Of a stretch of DNA of 64,000 nucleotides, positions 54,369-64,000 are shown piece after piece. The stretch comes from Alphaproteobacteria bacterium (GTDB lineage Bacteria > Pseudomonadota > Alphaproteobacteria > JAAXGF01), in the NCBI GenBank assembly GCA_963555825.3, contig CAUVXB020000002.1:1376001-1440000 (forward strand), given 5' to 3'. Numbering within the stretch: the first letter of the stretch is position 1; each line of letters begins with the position of its first letter. Below the pieces are notes generated by a model, which searched no databases, was not told the DNA's origin, and worked only from the letters and a program-made list of their open reading frames with translations. A program made the position numbers and the translations under genes.

Positions 54369-54581
54369 ATGAGCCCGCTCATCGGCTGGGCCGCCGTCCT
54401 GATCTTGCTCGTCGGACCGCTGATCCACGTCGCCGTGTCGCCGCGCGGCGGCCCCTTCCGGCCGCCCGAGGGCACCCGCTGCCCGTTGGGCCCGCGCGTC
54501 GGCTGGCTGGTCATCGTGTTGCTGCTGGGCCCGCTCGGTTGGCTGGTCTATATGGCGCGGCGGCGGGGCGGCGGTGAATGA
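54369..54581 (+). CDS. Small membrane protein (two TM helices)
   Basis: Hydrophobic helices; WLVIVLLLGPLGWLVY resembles PLDc_N-type small proteins. Confidence 0.6.
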   Translation: MSPLIGWAAVLILLVGPLIHVAVSPRGGPFRPPEGTRCPLGPRVGWLVIVLLLGPLGWLVYMARRRGGGE

Positions 54582-54636
54582 GCGGCGCGATGCCGTAGGT
54601 TTGGTTTGGCTGCTGGTGTCATGGGGAGCGAGACGA

Positions 54637-55002
54637 ATGTCGAAACGAGCGCGACATAGGGCCCGATACATCGAGGGTTGGAATTCCATGGACGCCGAAA
54701 AGCTTCTGGTATCGGTCACCGATGACTTCCTGTTCGACGATCCGGCCGACCCCGAACCCGTGACCAAGGCGACGCTCGTCGCCTATTTGCCGAAATGGCC
54801 GGCCAAGGCCGCGGCCCTGGGCGCGGCGTTCGAGTTCGATATCGTCGATAAGGTCGTGCGAGACGACGATGGTCTGTTGCTCGAGTGGTATTGGTGGCGA
54901 CTGATCGGCGCCGATGTCGAAGGTTCGGCGGTCATCAGGACGTCGGACGCGGGCGTCATCTCCGAGCGCCTGACCTATTATACCAGTGAGCGCCTGAATT
55001 GA
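54637..55002 (+). CDS. NTF2/SnoaL-like protein; C-terminus altered by IS630
   Basis: YIEGWNSMD...FLFDDP fold pattern; original tail YRTPWPLRR-stop found at 56157-56186. Confidence 0.7.
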   Translation: MSKRARHRARYIEGWNSMDAEKLLVSVTDDFLFDDPADPEPVTKATLVAYLPKWPAKAAALGAAFEFDIVDKVVRDDDGLLLEWYWWRLIGADVEGSAVIRTSDAGVISERLTYYTSERLN

Positions 55003-56156
55003 CTCTCGGGATATTCATTGATGGCGGATGATGGCGGATTGTGATTCTATGGTCTCCCACCAGATGTGGGGGATGTCATGGGATCAGCACTCAAGATACG
55101 GGATGATTTGACGCCTTTGGAGCTTCGGCGCTGGGCTCGCGTGGAATCGTACGGTCGAGCGGCGGCGCGGGCCTATGGGATCGCGAATGCTTTGGAGGAG
55201 ATGCCCCGGGCTGATGCCGCGCGGCTTGCGGGGATGGATCGCCAAACGCTTCGCGACGCGGTTGTTCGTTACAATGCAAAGGGATTGGAGGGGCTTCACG
55301 ACCGTCCAAAGGGCTACTCGCCGCGGCGGCTGACGGCAGACGAGGAAGCGGCGCTGGCGGCGGTCATCATCGCCGGGCCGGAGCCTGAGCGCGACGGGGT
55401 TTGCGCCTGGACCCGGGCCGATCTGTGCCGCTGGCTGGAGGAGCGCTTCGCCAAGACCTACCACCCCTCGAGCATGACCCGGGTTCTACGGCGGATGGGA
55501 TTTTCCCGCCAGAAGGCGCGCCCGAGCCACCCGCGAAGGGACGCCGAAGCGCAGGAGCGCTTCAAAAAAGGGGGCTTCGCGACATCCTGAAGGCGACCGC
55601 CGCGGCGCATCCCGACAAGCGCCTACAGCTGTGGTTTCAGGATGAAGCGCGCGTCGGCAACAAGGGCCGGGTGTGTCACCGGTGGTGGCGCAGGGGCGAG
55701 CGTGCCCCCGGGACGCGTCAAATCGGCTACCAGTGGGCCTACATCTTCTCCGCCGTGCGCCCGGACACCGGCGACGACGTCACCCTGGTGATGCCGAGCG
55801 TCAACGCCAAGGTCATGGACCTGTTTCTCGCACACTTCGCCGATACCCTGGACCAGGATGCGCACGCCGTCATGATGTGCGACGGCGCCGGTTGGCACGA
55901 CGAGCGCGCCCTCACCGTCCCCGACAACGTCACCTTGGCGCTGTTGCCGCCTTACAGTCCCGAACTCAACCCCGTCGAGCGGGTTTGGCTCTACCTACGC
56001 GAACGCTTCCTATCGCTCCGCGTCCTCGACGACACCGAGGCCATCATCGACGCCTGTTGCCAAGCATGGATCGACCTCATCGCAGAACCGGATCGTATGC
56101 GAACCCTCTGCGCCTATCCATGGATCATGAAGGTGATTTCATAGGCTCACTTGTAT
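54981..56156 (+). mobile_element. IS630-family element inserted at TA
   Basis: IRs (A)TACCAGTGAGC and (reverse complement) ATACAAGTGAGC; TA at 54979-54980 and 56157-56158; ends accurate to about 1 bp. Confidence 0.88.
55078..56144 (+). CDS. IS630 transposase, two ORFs joined by a probable -1 programmed frameshift
   Basis: HTH ORF to 55590; DDE ORF with WFQDEAR, CDGAGWH and YSPELNPVE; slippery AAAAAAG at 55564-55570. Confidence 0.9.
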
Positions 56157-56300
56157 TACAGGACGCCCTGGCCACTGCGCCGCTGAAGCACCCCGGGCCG
56201 GCTAAAGCGGCCAGGCCCGCGCGTCGGCTGGCTGGTCATCGTGCTGCTGCGCGGCCCGGGAAACATCGCTTACTAGGCGCTCTATAGCAGGAGGTACGGC

Positions 56301-57455
56301 ATGGCGGCGTTCGAGACGGGTGAGTATCGCGACCGGGTGGCGCGGGTATCGGCCGGCATGGCGGATGCCGGGGTCGACACGCTGGTGGTCTTCTCGGAAC
56401 CGCATATGTGCTTCCTGACCGGCTACGAGGGCCGCTCCGATTATGTCCCGCAGGTCACCGTGATCCGCGCCGGCGACCAGGACGCGCGCGTCATCCTGCG
56501 CGAGATGGACATTCACTGCGCCACCCCGACCGTCTATCTCGACGCCTCGCGCATCGAGAGCTACCCGGAGAGCTATATCGGCACGCCCGAGCGCTCGCCC
56601 TGGCAGGTCATCGGCCAGCGCGTCGCGGAGATCGCCAACGGCGGCCGCATCGGCCTCGAGCTGGGCGCCGACAACTTCTCCTTCGCCGACCACCAGGCGC
56701 TGACCCGCGCGCTGGGCGACCGACCGCTGGTCGACGCGAGCGACCTGGTGAGCCGGGCGCGGATCAAGAAATCGCCGGCCGAGCTCGGCTACATGCGCGA
56801 CGCCGCCAAGATCGTCGACCGGGCGCTGCAGAACGGCATCGCAGAGATCGCCGAGGGGGTGCGCCAGTGCGACGTCGCGGCGCGCATCACCCACGACCTG
56901 ATCGCCGGCACGCCCGAGCGCGGCGGCGACGCGACCAAGGCGGTGACCATGCCGACCGGGCCGGGCGTCGCCCAGGCGCCGCACCTCAAATGGACCGACC
57001 AGCCGTTCCGCCCGGGCGACCAGACCGACTTCGAGGCCGGCGCCTTCGTGCACCGCTACTGCTGCGCGCTGTCGCGCACGTCCTATCTGGGCGACCCGCC
57101 AGCGCGCCTGCTTCACGTCCACGACGCGGTCCTGGCGGGCTTCGAGGCGGCGCTCGACGCGGTCCGCCCGGGCGCCACCTGCGGCGACGTGCACCGCGCC
57201 TTCGCGGCGGCGTTCTATCCGCGCGGCGTGCGCAAGGAATCGCGCATCGGCTATTCGATCGGGCTCGATTGGAGCGACTTGTGCTTCAGTCTGCAGGACG
57301 ACGACGAAACGCCGCTCGAGACCGACTACACCTTTCACCTCATCATCGGCGTCTGGGAACACGACGACGCCTATGTCTTCAGCGAAACCATCCGGGTCGG
57401 CGAACGGCGCGGCGAGAGTCTCTCGACGACGCCGCGCATTCTCTTTGTGCGCTAA
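56301..57455 (+). CDS. M24 (Xaa-Pro peptidase/creatinase) family protein, ectoine hydrolase DoeA/EutD-like
   Basis: FLTGY, IKKSPAEL, APHLKWTD, RIGYSIGL and FSETI. Confidence 0.8.
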   Translation: MAAFETGEYRDRVARVSAGMADAGVDTLVVFSEPHMCFLTGYEGRSDYVPQVTVIRAGDQDARVILREMDIHCATPTVYLDASRIESYPESYIGTPERSPWQVIGQRVAEIANGGRIGLELGADNFSFADHQALTRALGDRPLVDASDLVSRARIKKSPAELGYMRDAAKIVDRALQNGIAEIAEGVRQCDVAARITHDLIAGTPERGGDATKAVTMPTGPGVAQAPHLKWTDQPFRPGDQTDFEAGAFVHRYCCALSRTSYLGDPPARLLHVHDAVLAGFEAALDAVRPGATCGDVHRAFAAAFYPRGVRKESRIGYSIGLDWSDLCFSLQDDDETPLETDYTFHLIIGVWEHDDAYVFSETIRVGERRGESLSTTPRILFVR

Positions 57456-57691
57456 GCGCGTGTCTGGTGGCGCCGGATGAAGCGCTGGGTGGTCAGGAAG
57501 GTGAGCAGGGCGGCGACGCCGACCGCCGCCGAGACGAGGGCCGCGAGGGCCGGATCGGCGAGGCCGGCGCTCGCCGAGAGGTCGGCGGCGGCGGCGCCGG
57601 CGGCGAGAATGCCGAGCGCGCCGAGGGCGACGCCGGGGTGGGCGTAGAGCAACATGTTGGTGTCGGTCGCCGCGATGCTCGCCTGGGTCAT
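57452..57691 (-). CDS. Small hypothetical membrane protein
   Basis: Two hydrophobic segments; GAGGAG RBS upstream. Confidence 0.55.
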   Translation of the reverse strand: MTQASIAATDTNMLLYAHPGVALGALGILAAGAAAADLSASAGLADPALAALVSAAVGVAALLTFLTTQRFIRRHQTRA

Positions 57692-57853
57692 GATCGTCTC
57701 CTCGGTTTATCGGTCCGCCTACGAGACCCACCATAGACGCCGCATGTCGAAGGTTTTTGTCGCCCGTGTCGTGAATTGTAACGTTTTGTCGCCGCGCACG
57801 CGCCACGCGGCCGAAGAATTGAGAGCGCCGTGAGACGGAATTGAGGCGGCCGC

Positions 57854-58477
57854 TCAGCCGCCTCGGCCGCCGGGGCAGCGCGCCGCGATGGTCGCGGCGA
57901 TGTCGATCAGCTCGTCGAGGTCGATCAGGGTCTCGACGTAACCGTCGGTGTGGACGCGGAGCCGCGCACCGTCGAGCCGGATGTCGAGGCGCGGCAGGCG
58001 CGCGGCCAGCAGCTTGCGGCGCAGGCGAGTGTCCAACAGGCGGGCGGCGAAGTCCTCGTTGTTCCACTTCATCCGAAACGCGGTGTCGAACGCGTGATCG
58101 CCGGTCGCCGGGCGGCCGTCGGGCGGCGGCTGGCCGAGCCGCCGGGTGGCGTCGGCCGTCGCCTCGACGTCGCGCCGCGCGAGGCGGAGCTGCTGGCCGG
58201 TATCGACGCCGAGCGCCACGTCGACGAAGCAGAACGGGCCGCCGTCGGGCCCCTCGCCGCCGCTCGTCGGCATCGCGCCGACGTGGAAGCGGCGGCCGTC
58301 GATCTCGAAGTGGAGCTGCGGCAGCACCAGCGAGGTGCCCGGCGTCACGCTGCCGCGGCGCTTGGCGGCGGCCAGGCCGAACAGCCGGCCGAGGTCGCGG
58401 CTGCGCCGGGTGTGCTCGCGGTAGGCGTAGAAGAGCGCCGCGCCGATGACCGCGACGATGATGAACCACCAGTGCAT
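57854..58477 (-). CDS. Hypothetical membrane-anchored protein
   Basis: N-terminal TM helix WWFIIVAVIGAALF; TGDHAFDTAF motif. Confidence 0.65.
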   Translation of the reverse strand: MHWWFIIVAVIGAALFYAYREHTRRSRDLGRLFGLAAAKRRGSVTPGTSLVLPQLHFEIDGRRFHVGAMPTSGGEGPDGGPFCFVDVALGVDTGQQLRLARRDVEATADATRRLGQPPPDGRPATGDHAFDTAFRMKWNNEDFAARLLDTRLRRKLLAARLPRLDIRLDGARLRVHTDGYVETLIDLDELIDIAATIAARCPGGRGG

Positions 58478-58492
58478 GGCGAGAATTCCGGG

Positions 58493-58675
58493 TTAGCCCC
58501 GGAAGAAGCCCTCGGCCTCGTTGCGCGCGTCGCCCTTGTCGGCGATGACCGCGCGGGCCCGGTCAATCTCGGACTCGAGCCCGGCGATGTAATCCTCGAG
58601 CGCCTCGATCGACATCTGCTCGAGGTTCTTCGGCACGGGCTTGACGTTGCGCGGCATCAAATCGTCTTCGTCCAT
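58493..58675 (-). CDS. DUF1192 family protein
   Basis: MDEDD...LEQMSIEALEDYIAGLESEIDR...AEGFF. Confidence 0.85.
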   Translation of the reverse strand: MDEDDLMPRNVKPVPKNLEQMSIEALEDYIAGLESEIDRARAVIADKGDARNEAEGFFRG

Positions 58676-58811
58676 CGGCCCATCCCCGTTGTTCGCGGAA
58701 CGCCGGCTATTATAATTGCCGCGTTCGCGTCCCGGAAGGCCGCGCGTTGGGCCTTCCATCGCCATGCCTGCTGGGGCAGAGTGGCGCGCCGCCCATCACG
58801 AGGAGCCGACG

Positions 58812-59801
58812 ATGACCGAGACCATGACCGCCATCGAGATCGCCGAGCCCGGCGGGCCTGAGGTGCTGCGGCCCGTCGAGCGCCCGCGGCCCGCGCCCGG
58901 CGTCGGCGAGCTGCTGATCGAGGTCGCCGCCGCCGGCGTCAACCGGCCCGACGTGCTGCAGCGCCAGGGCGGCTATCCGCCGCCGCCGGGCGCGTCCGAT
59001 ATTCCCGGGCTCGAGGTCGCCGGCACGGTCGCAGCACTCGGCCCCGGCGCCCATGGCTGGCAAATCGGCGACCCGGTCTGCGCGCTGGTCTCGGGCGGCG
59101 GCTATGCCGAGTTCTGCGCGGCGCCGACCGCGCAGTGCCTGCCGGTGCCCGAGGGCTTCGACATGACGCAAGCCGCGGCGCTGCCCGAGACTTTCTTCAC
59201 GGTCTGGACCAACGTCTTCCAGCGCGGCCGGCTGCAGGCCGGCGAACGATTCCTGGTCCACGGCGGCTCGTCAGGCATCGGCACGACGGCGATCCAGATC
59301 GCCGCGGCGCGCGGCGCGCGGGTCTTCGCGACCGCCGGCACGGCCGACAAATGCGCGGCCTGCGAGCGGCTCGGCGCCGAGCGCGCGATCAACTACCGCG
59401 ACGAGGACTTCGTCGCCGTCGTCAAGCAGGCGACCGGCGGCGAAGGCGTCGACGTCATCCTCGACATGGTCGGCGGCGACTACATCCAGCGCAACATCAA
59501 GGCGCTGCGCACCGAGGGCCGCATCGTCTACATCGCCTTCCTCGGCGGGTCCAAGGCCGAGATCGACTTCCTGCCGCTGATGCTCAAGCGCGCGACGCTC
59601 ACCGGCTCGACGCTTCGGCCGCGCTCGGTCGAGCAGAAGAGCGCGATCGCCGACGAGCTGCGCGCCGAGGTCTGGCCGCTGTTGGACGCCGGGCGCATCG
59701 CGCCGGTCATCGATTCGACGTTTGCGCTGGCCGACGCGGCGGGCGCGCATGCGCGCATGGACGGCGGCGAACACATCGGCAAGATCGTGCTGACGGTGTA
59801 A
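58812..59801 (+). CDS. NAD(P)H-quinone oxidoreductase, PIG3 family
   Basis: GGPEVL, GVNRPD, PGLEVAG, HGGSSGIG and HIGKIVL. Confidence 0.92.
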   Translation: MTETMTAIEIAEPGGPEVLRPVERPRPAPGVGELLIEVAAAGVNRPDVLQRQGGYPPPPGASDIPGLEVAGTVAALGPGAHGWQIGDPVCALVSGGGYAEFCAAPTAQCLPVPEGFDMTQAAALPETFFTVWTNVFQRGRLQAGERFLVHGGSSGIGTTAIQIAAARGARVFATAGTADKCAACERLGAERAINYRDEDFVAVVKQATGGEGVDVILDMVGGDYIQRNIKALRTEGRIVYIAFLGGSKAEIDFLPLMLKRATLTGSTLRPRSVEQKSAIADELRAEVWPLLDAGRIAPVIDSTFALADAAGAHARMDGGEHIGKIVLTV

Positions 59802-59830
59802 TACCAGGGCTCAGACGCCGTGGACGGCTC

Positions 59831-60934
59831 CTAGAAGCTATCGGCCAGGTGGGCCGCGACCGCCTTCTCGTTCCATGCCAGTCCGACGCCCGGCACGTTC
59901 GGGATATGCAGCGCGCCATCTTTGATCCGGTATGGCTGTTCAAGAATCGGATCGGCCCAATCCTGCCATTCGAGCCAGTGCGCGGTTTCGGTCACGCGCA
60001 TGACGTGGGCCGCCACTTCGGGATAGAGGTGGGTCGAAACCGGAATGCCCGCCGCGCCCGCGATCGCCGCCGCGCGCTGCCAGCCGGTGACGCCGCCGAT
60101 GCGCATGAAATCGGGCATGACGTAGTCGCAGGCCTTCATCTTCAGGGCGGTTTGCAGCGCCCGCGGGCCGTAGAAGTTCTCGCCGATCTGGATCGGTGTC
60201 TTCAGCTCGGCGGTGAGCCGCGCGTAACCCTCGAGGTCGTCGTAGACGATCGGCTCCTCGATCCAGGCGAGGCCGAGATCGTCGATCGCGTGGCACCGCT
60301 CCAAGGCCTCGCCGAGGTGAAGGCCCTGGTTGAAATCGATCATCAGCGCCATGTCGCCGCCGACGGCGTCGCGGACCGCCGCGATCGCCGCCAGGTCGTC
60401 GTCGATGCGATCGCGGCCGAGGCGCAGCTTAAGGCCGCGGAAACCGCCTTCGTCGCGCAAGGCGGCCGCCTCGTCGGCGAGCTCGCCGGGCGGCTTGAGC
60501 CAGAGCCCGTTGGAGTTGTACGCCGGCACGGCGCCGACACTGCCGCCCAAGAGGACGCACAAGGGCAGGCCGGCGGCCATCGCGAGCGCGTCCCAGACCG
60601 CCATGTCCATGCCGGCGACGGCGATCATGGACAGGCCCTCGTAGCCGACGAAATGCAGCGACTTGCGGCCCGCTTCCCAGAGGTCGTCCGGCGCCAGCCG
60701 GCGCCCTTCGAGCGCCTCGCCCAGATCGTGGATGGCGGGGATCAGGTAGCGCATTGCCTTGGCGATGTATGGCTCGAGATAACTTCGCCCCACGACTCCC
60801 TCGTTCGTGTAGAGATCGATCAGGATCAGCGGCCAATCGGTAAGCGTCGCGATCCGCGCGACGACGGGCCGCTCGAGCTTGAGCACGACGGGGCGCGCCT
60901 CGATGCGCTTAAGGGTCAAGGTCTCGAACGTCAT
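59831..60934 (-). CDS. Mandelate racemase family enolase-superfamily enzyme
   Basis: KLR, IDFNQ, WIEEP, GEN, MPDFMRIGGVTGW and STHLYPE. Confidence 0.87.
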   Translation of the reverse strand: MTFETLTLKRIEARPVVLKLERPVVARIATLTDWPLILIDLYTNEGVVGRSYLEPYIAKAMRYLIPAIHDLGEALEGRRLAPDDLWEAGRKSLHFVGYEGLSMIAVAGMDMAVWDALAMAAGLPLCVLLGGSVGAVPAYNSNGLWLKPPGELADEAAALRDEGGFRGLKLRLGRDRIDDDLAAIAAVRDAVGGDMALMIDFNQGLHLGEALERCHAIDDLGLAWIEEPIVYDDLEGYARLTAELKTPIQIGENFYGPRALQTALKMKACDYVMPDFMRIGGVTGWQRAAAIAGAAGIPVSTHLYPEVAAHVMRVTETAHWLEWQDWADPILEQPYRIKDGALHIPNVPGVGLAWNEKAVAAHLADSF

Positions 60935-61268
60935 CGCGCGCCTCTATCCAAGATAACCTTCGCCACAACGCTACTGCGGCCAAGCACGATCTGCCAGACG
61001 CAATGCCGGTATTCGGTCGGGGTTATTGTACAACCCGGTCGGGTATACGACGACGGTTCCTGGCCGCGCCCTGTCTCAGGCACCGCGCGAGAACGGTAAC
61101 CCCGTGGCCGAACAGCTCGGAATTCGAGCCAGCCGGCGCAAAAAGGATACCGCAACCCTTTGCCACGGCGCGAAAAGCGGTTATATGCTGCTGTGAGAAC
61201 GGACATCCGGCACACTCGCGTGCCCGCCGGACACCCCATGTAACAGTCCAGGCTTTCGAGGAGGTGAC

Positions 61269-61826
61269 ATGCCGCCACCGCTGATGCCCAAGGCCACCGC
61301 CGTGTGGCTGGTCGAGAATTCGGTTTTGACCTTCCAGCAGATCGCCGATTTCTGCGGCCTGCACGCGCTCGAGGTGCAGGCGATCGCCGACGGCGAGGTC
61401 GGCACCGGCATCATCGGTCTCGATCCGGTCGCCAACGGCCAACTTGCCAAGGACGAGCTCGAACGCTGCAGTGCCGACCCGAGTGCGCGCCTCGAACTGG
61501 TCAAGCCGCGCGAACTGCCCAAGATCAAGAATCGCGGCGCGCGCTACACGCCGGTCTCCAAGCGTGGCGACAAGCCCGACGCGATCGCCTGGCTGGTGCG
61601 CAACCATCCCGAGATCAGCGACGCGCAGGTCTCCAAGCTCTTGGGCACGACCAAGACGACGATCAAGGCGGTGCGCGAGCGCACCCACTGGAACTCGCCC
61701 AACATCCGGCCGCGCGATCCGGTGCTGCTTGGGCTCTGCACCCAGATATCGCTCAACCAGGTGATCGCGCGCAACCAAGCCGACACCGGCGTCGCGGCCA
61801 AGCAGGGCGGCGCGGCGCCGGGCTGA
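61269..61826 (+). CDS. trcR: DUF1013 / cell-cycle transcriptional regulator TrcR
   Basis: PLMPKATAVWLVEN, RYTPVSKR.DKPDAIAWL and DPVLLGLC. Confidence 0.88.
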   Translation: MPPPLMPKATAVWLVENSVLTFQQIADFCGLHALEVQAIADGEVGTGIIGLDPVANGQLAKDELERCSADPSARLELVKPRELPKIKNRGARYTPVSKRGDKPDAIAWLVRNHPEISDAQVSKLLGTTKTTIKAVRERTHWNSPNIRPRDPVLLGLCTQISLNQVIARNQADTGVAAKQGGAAPG

Positions 61827-61841
61827 CCCGGAATTCTCATC

Positions 61842-63488
61842 ATGGCCGGGGACGACGGCACAGCCAACATCTACGAGAGCGGCCTCGACAAGAACGCGGC
61901 CAATTACGTGCCGCTGACGCCGTTGAGCTATCTGGCGCGCTCGGCCGCCGTCTACCCCGACCGGACGGCATGGATCCACGGGCCCCGCCGCGCCAGCTAC
62001 GTAGAATTTTACGCACGCTGCCGGCGCCTCGCCTCGGCGCTCACGCGGCGCGGCATCGGCGCGGGCGACACGGTCGCCGTCATGGCGCCCAACGTGCCGG
62101 CGATCCTCGAGGCGCATTACGGCGTGCCGATGACCGGCGCCATCTTGAACACGCTCAACATCCGGCTCGACGCGGCGACCATCGCGTTTATCCTCGAGCA
62201 CGGCGAGGCCAAGGCGCTGATCACCGACCGCGAGTTCTCAGCCACCATCGAAGCCGCGCTCGCCGAGACCAGCGCCACGCCGATCATCATCGACATCGAC
62301 GACGCGCTCTACCAGGGCGACGGCAAGCGGCTCGGCGAGATCGAGTACGAGGACTTCATCGCCGCCGGCGACCCGGATTACGCCTGGACCGGCCCGGCCG
62401 ACGAGTGGCAGGCCATCTCGCTCAACTACACCTCGGGCACGACGGGCAAACCCAAGGGCGTCGTCTATCACCACCGGGGCGCCTATCTGAACGCCATCGG
62501 CAATGCGCTTGGCTGGGGCATGGCGACCGGCTCGGTCTATCTCTGGACGCTGCCGATGTTCCACTGCAACGGCTGGTGCTACCCGTGGACCATGGCGGCG
62601 ATGGGCGGCACCCAGGTGTGCCTGCGCAAGGTCGAGGCGGGCGCCATCTTCGACGCCATCGCCGACCACGGGGTGAGCCATTTCTGCGGCGCGCCGATCG
62701 TCCTCAACATGCTTGTCAACGCGCCCGAGGAGGCACGCCGGCCGCTCGGCCGCACGGTCGAGGTGATGACCGCGGCGGCGCCGCCGCCGGCCTCGGTGAT
62801 CGCGGCGATGGAGGACATGGGTTTCCACGTCACCCACGCCTATGGCCTGACCGAGAGCTACGGTCCCGCCGTGGTGTGTGCCTGGCACGACGAATGGGAC
62901 GCCCTGCCGGTCGACGAGCAGGCCCGCGTCAAGGCGCGCCAGGGTGTCGCCTACCCCGTGCTCGAGGGCCTCATGATCGGCGATCCCGAAACGCTCTCGC
63001 CGTGCCCGGGCGACGGCGCGACGATGGGCGAGACGTTCATGCGCGGCAACATCGTCATGAAGGGCTACCTGAAGAACCCGCAAGCCACCGAGGCGGCCTT
63101 CGCCGGCGGCTGGTTCCATACCGGCGATCTCGGCGTCATGCACGACGACGGCTATATCGAGCTCAAGGACCGCGCCAAGGACGTCATCATCTCGGGCGGC
63201 GAGAACATCTCGACCATCGAGGTCGAGAGCGTGCTTTATCGGCATCCGGCGGTGCTCGAGGCCGCGGTGGTCGCGCGGCCCGACGAGAAATGGGGCGAGA
63301 CGCCCTGCGCCTTCGTCACGCTGAAGGACGGCGCCGAGGCGGTCGACGACCAGACGCTGATCGATTTTTGCCGCGACAACATGGCGCATTTCAAGGCGCC
63401 CAAGTCCGTCGTCTTCGGGCCGCTGCCCAAGACCTCGACCGGCAAGGTTCAGAAGTTCGTGCTGCGCGACCGCGCAAAAGAGCTATGA
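61842..63488 (+). CDS. Acyl-CoA synthetase (AMP-forming)
   Basis: YTSGTTGKPKG, YGLTE, WFHTGD and PKTSTGK. Confidence 0.93.
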   Translation: MAGDDGTANIYESGLDKNAANYVPLTPLSYLARSAAVYPDRTAWIHGPRRASYVEFYARCRRLASALTRRGIGAGDTVAVMAPNVPAILEAHYGVPMTGAILNTLNIRLDAATIAFILEHGEAKALITDREFSATIEAALAETSATPIIIDIDDALYQGDGKRLGEIEYEDFIAAGDPDYAWTGPADEWQAISLNYTSGTTGKPKGVVYHHRGAYLNAIGNALGWGMATGSVYLWTLPMFHCNGWCYPWTMAAMGGTQVCLRKVEAGAIFDAIADHGVSHFCGAPIVLNMLVNAPEEARRPLGRTVEVMTAAAPPPASVIAAMEDMGFHVTHAYGLTESYGPAVVCAWHDEWDALPVDEQARVKARQGVAYPVLEGLMIGDPETLSPCPGDGATMGETFMRGNIVMKGYLKNPQATEAAFAGGWFHTGDLGVMHDDGYIELKDRAKDVIISGGENISTIEVESVLYRHPAVLEAAVVARPDEKWGETPCAFVTLKDGAEAVDDQTLIDFCRDNMAHFKAPKSVVFGPLPKTSTGKVQKFVLRDRAKEL

Positions 63489-63687
63489 TGCGCAAAGCCC
63501 CAGTTCCTGTGGCTTTGCTGCGTTCAAACGCCACGCAGGCCATTCTTTTCGAATCAAGATTGGCCGCAGGGGCGGCGGCCCGCAGTCGCGGGCTACGACG
63601 ACCGAACCGGTATGGCCGGTTTGATCGTCGATTCGATGCGAAGGCCGTCAAGTTCCGAGGTAGGTTCAAATCGAGTCCCGCCACGCC

Positions 63688-64000
63688 ATGAGCGATCCCC
63701 CGCCCCTTGCGGCGCGCGTCGCCGAGCTGAACCAGAGCCGCGTGCTGTGCATCGGCGACGTCATGCTCGACCGTTTCGTCTACGGCACGGTCAGCCGCAT
63801 CTCGCCCGAGGCGCCGATCCCGGTGTTCCAGATCGAACGCGAAACCGCGGTGCCGGGCGGCGCCGGCAATGTGGTGCGCAACGTGACGGCACTGGGCGCC
63901 GGCGCCTGCTTCATCACAGTGGTCGGCGACGATGCCGTCGGCCACCAGCTGACCGCGGCGATCGGCGACGGCGACGGTGTCGAGCCTTACCTGCTGATCG
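63688..64000 (+). CDS. rfaE1: D-glycero-beta-D-manno-heptose-7-phosphate kinase (RfaE1/HldE), runs off the window
   Basis: Manual translation MSDPPPLAARVAELNQSRVLCIGDVMLDRFVYGTVSRISPEAPIPV...GGAGNV. Confidence 0.88.
   Translation, partial: MSDPPPLAARVAELNQSRVLCIGDVMLDRFVYGTVSRISPEAPIPVFQIERETAVPGGAGNVVRNVTALGAGACFITVVGDDAVGHQLTAAIGDGDGVEPYLLI

Overview
High-GC alphaproteobacterial chromosome segment (Rhodospirillales-like gene order; taxonomy inferred). The core backbone comprises bmt, cspA, ltaE, rluD-rpoH, purA-hisZ-serA-serC, glmM-folP-ftsH-tilS-cpoB-pal-tolBARQ-ybgC-ruvBAC-yebC, metY, trcR, an acyl-CoA synthetase and rfaE1, plus tRNA-Lys(CTT) and tRNA-Glu(CTC). Three accessory zones interrupt it. 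(1) 1-9387 is the edge of an element integrated at the tRNA-Lys 3' end, with PDH-type E1 genes, an IS1182 truncated by IS21, a CHAT fragment and a phage-like ORF. (2) 25.3-35.3 kb is an IS-rich patch: IS256, nested IS110/IS1111 copies with a 4x66-bp array, a split adenylate-cyclase gene enclosing a kinase/oxidoreductase cluster, and IS1182. (3) 54-57.5 kb holds a MITE-like palindrome and IS630. The most unusual signals are non-genic. (a) A multi-hairpin repeat family with compensatory substitutions punctuates single accessory genes next to tRNA-Glu and is read in frame into a protein. (b) A related repeat carries 8-7-8 bp recombination-site-like motifs (TAAATGTA-TACTGCT-TACRTTTA) bracketing a lone HIT gene between rpoH and purA. 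(c) An IS1111-type element has readable putative bridge/seekRNA guides, and its donor-binding-loop DNA is tandemly amplified. All calls are from manual reading; no database searches were run.
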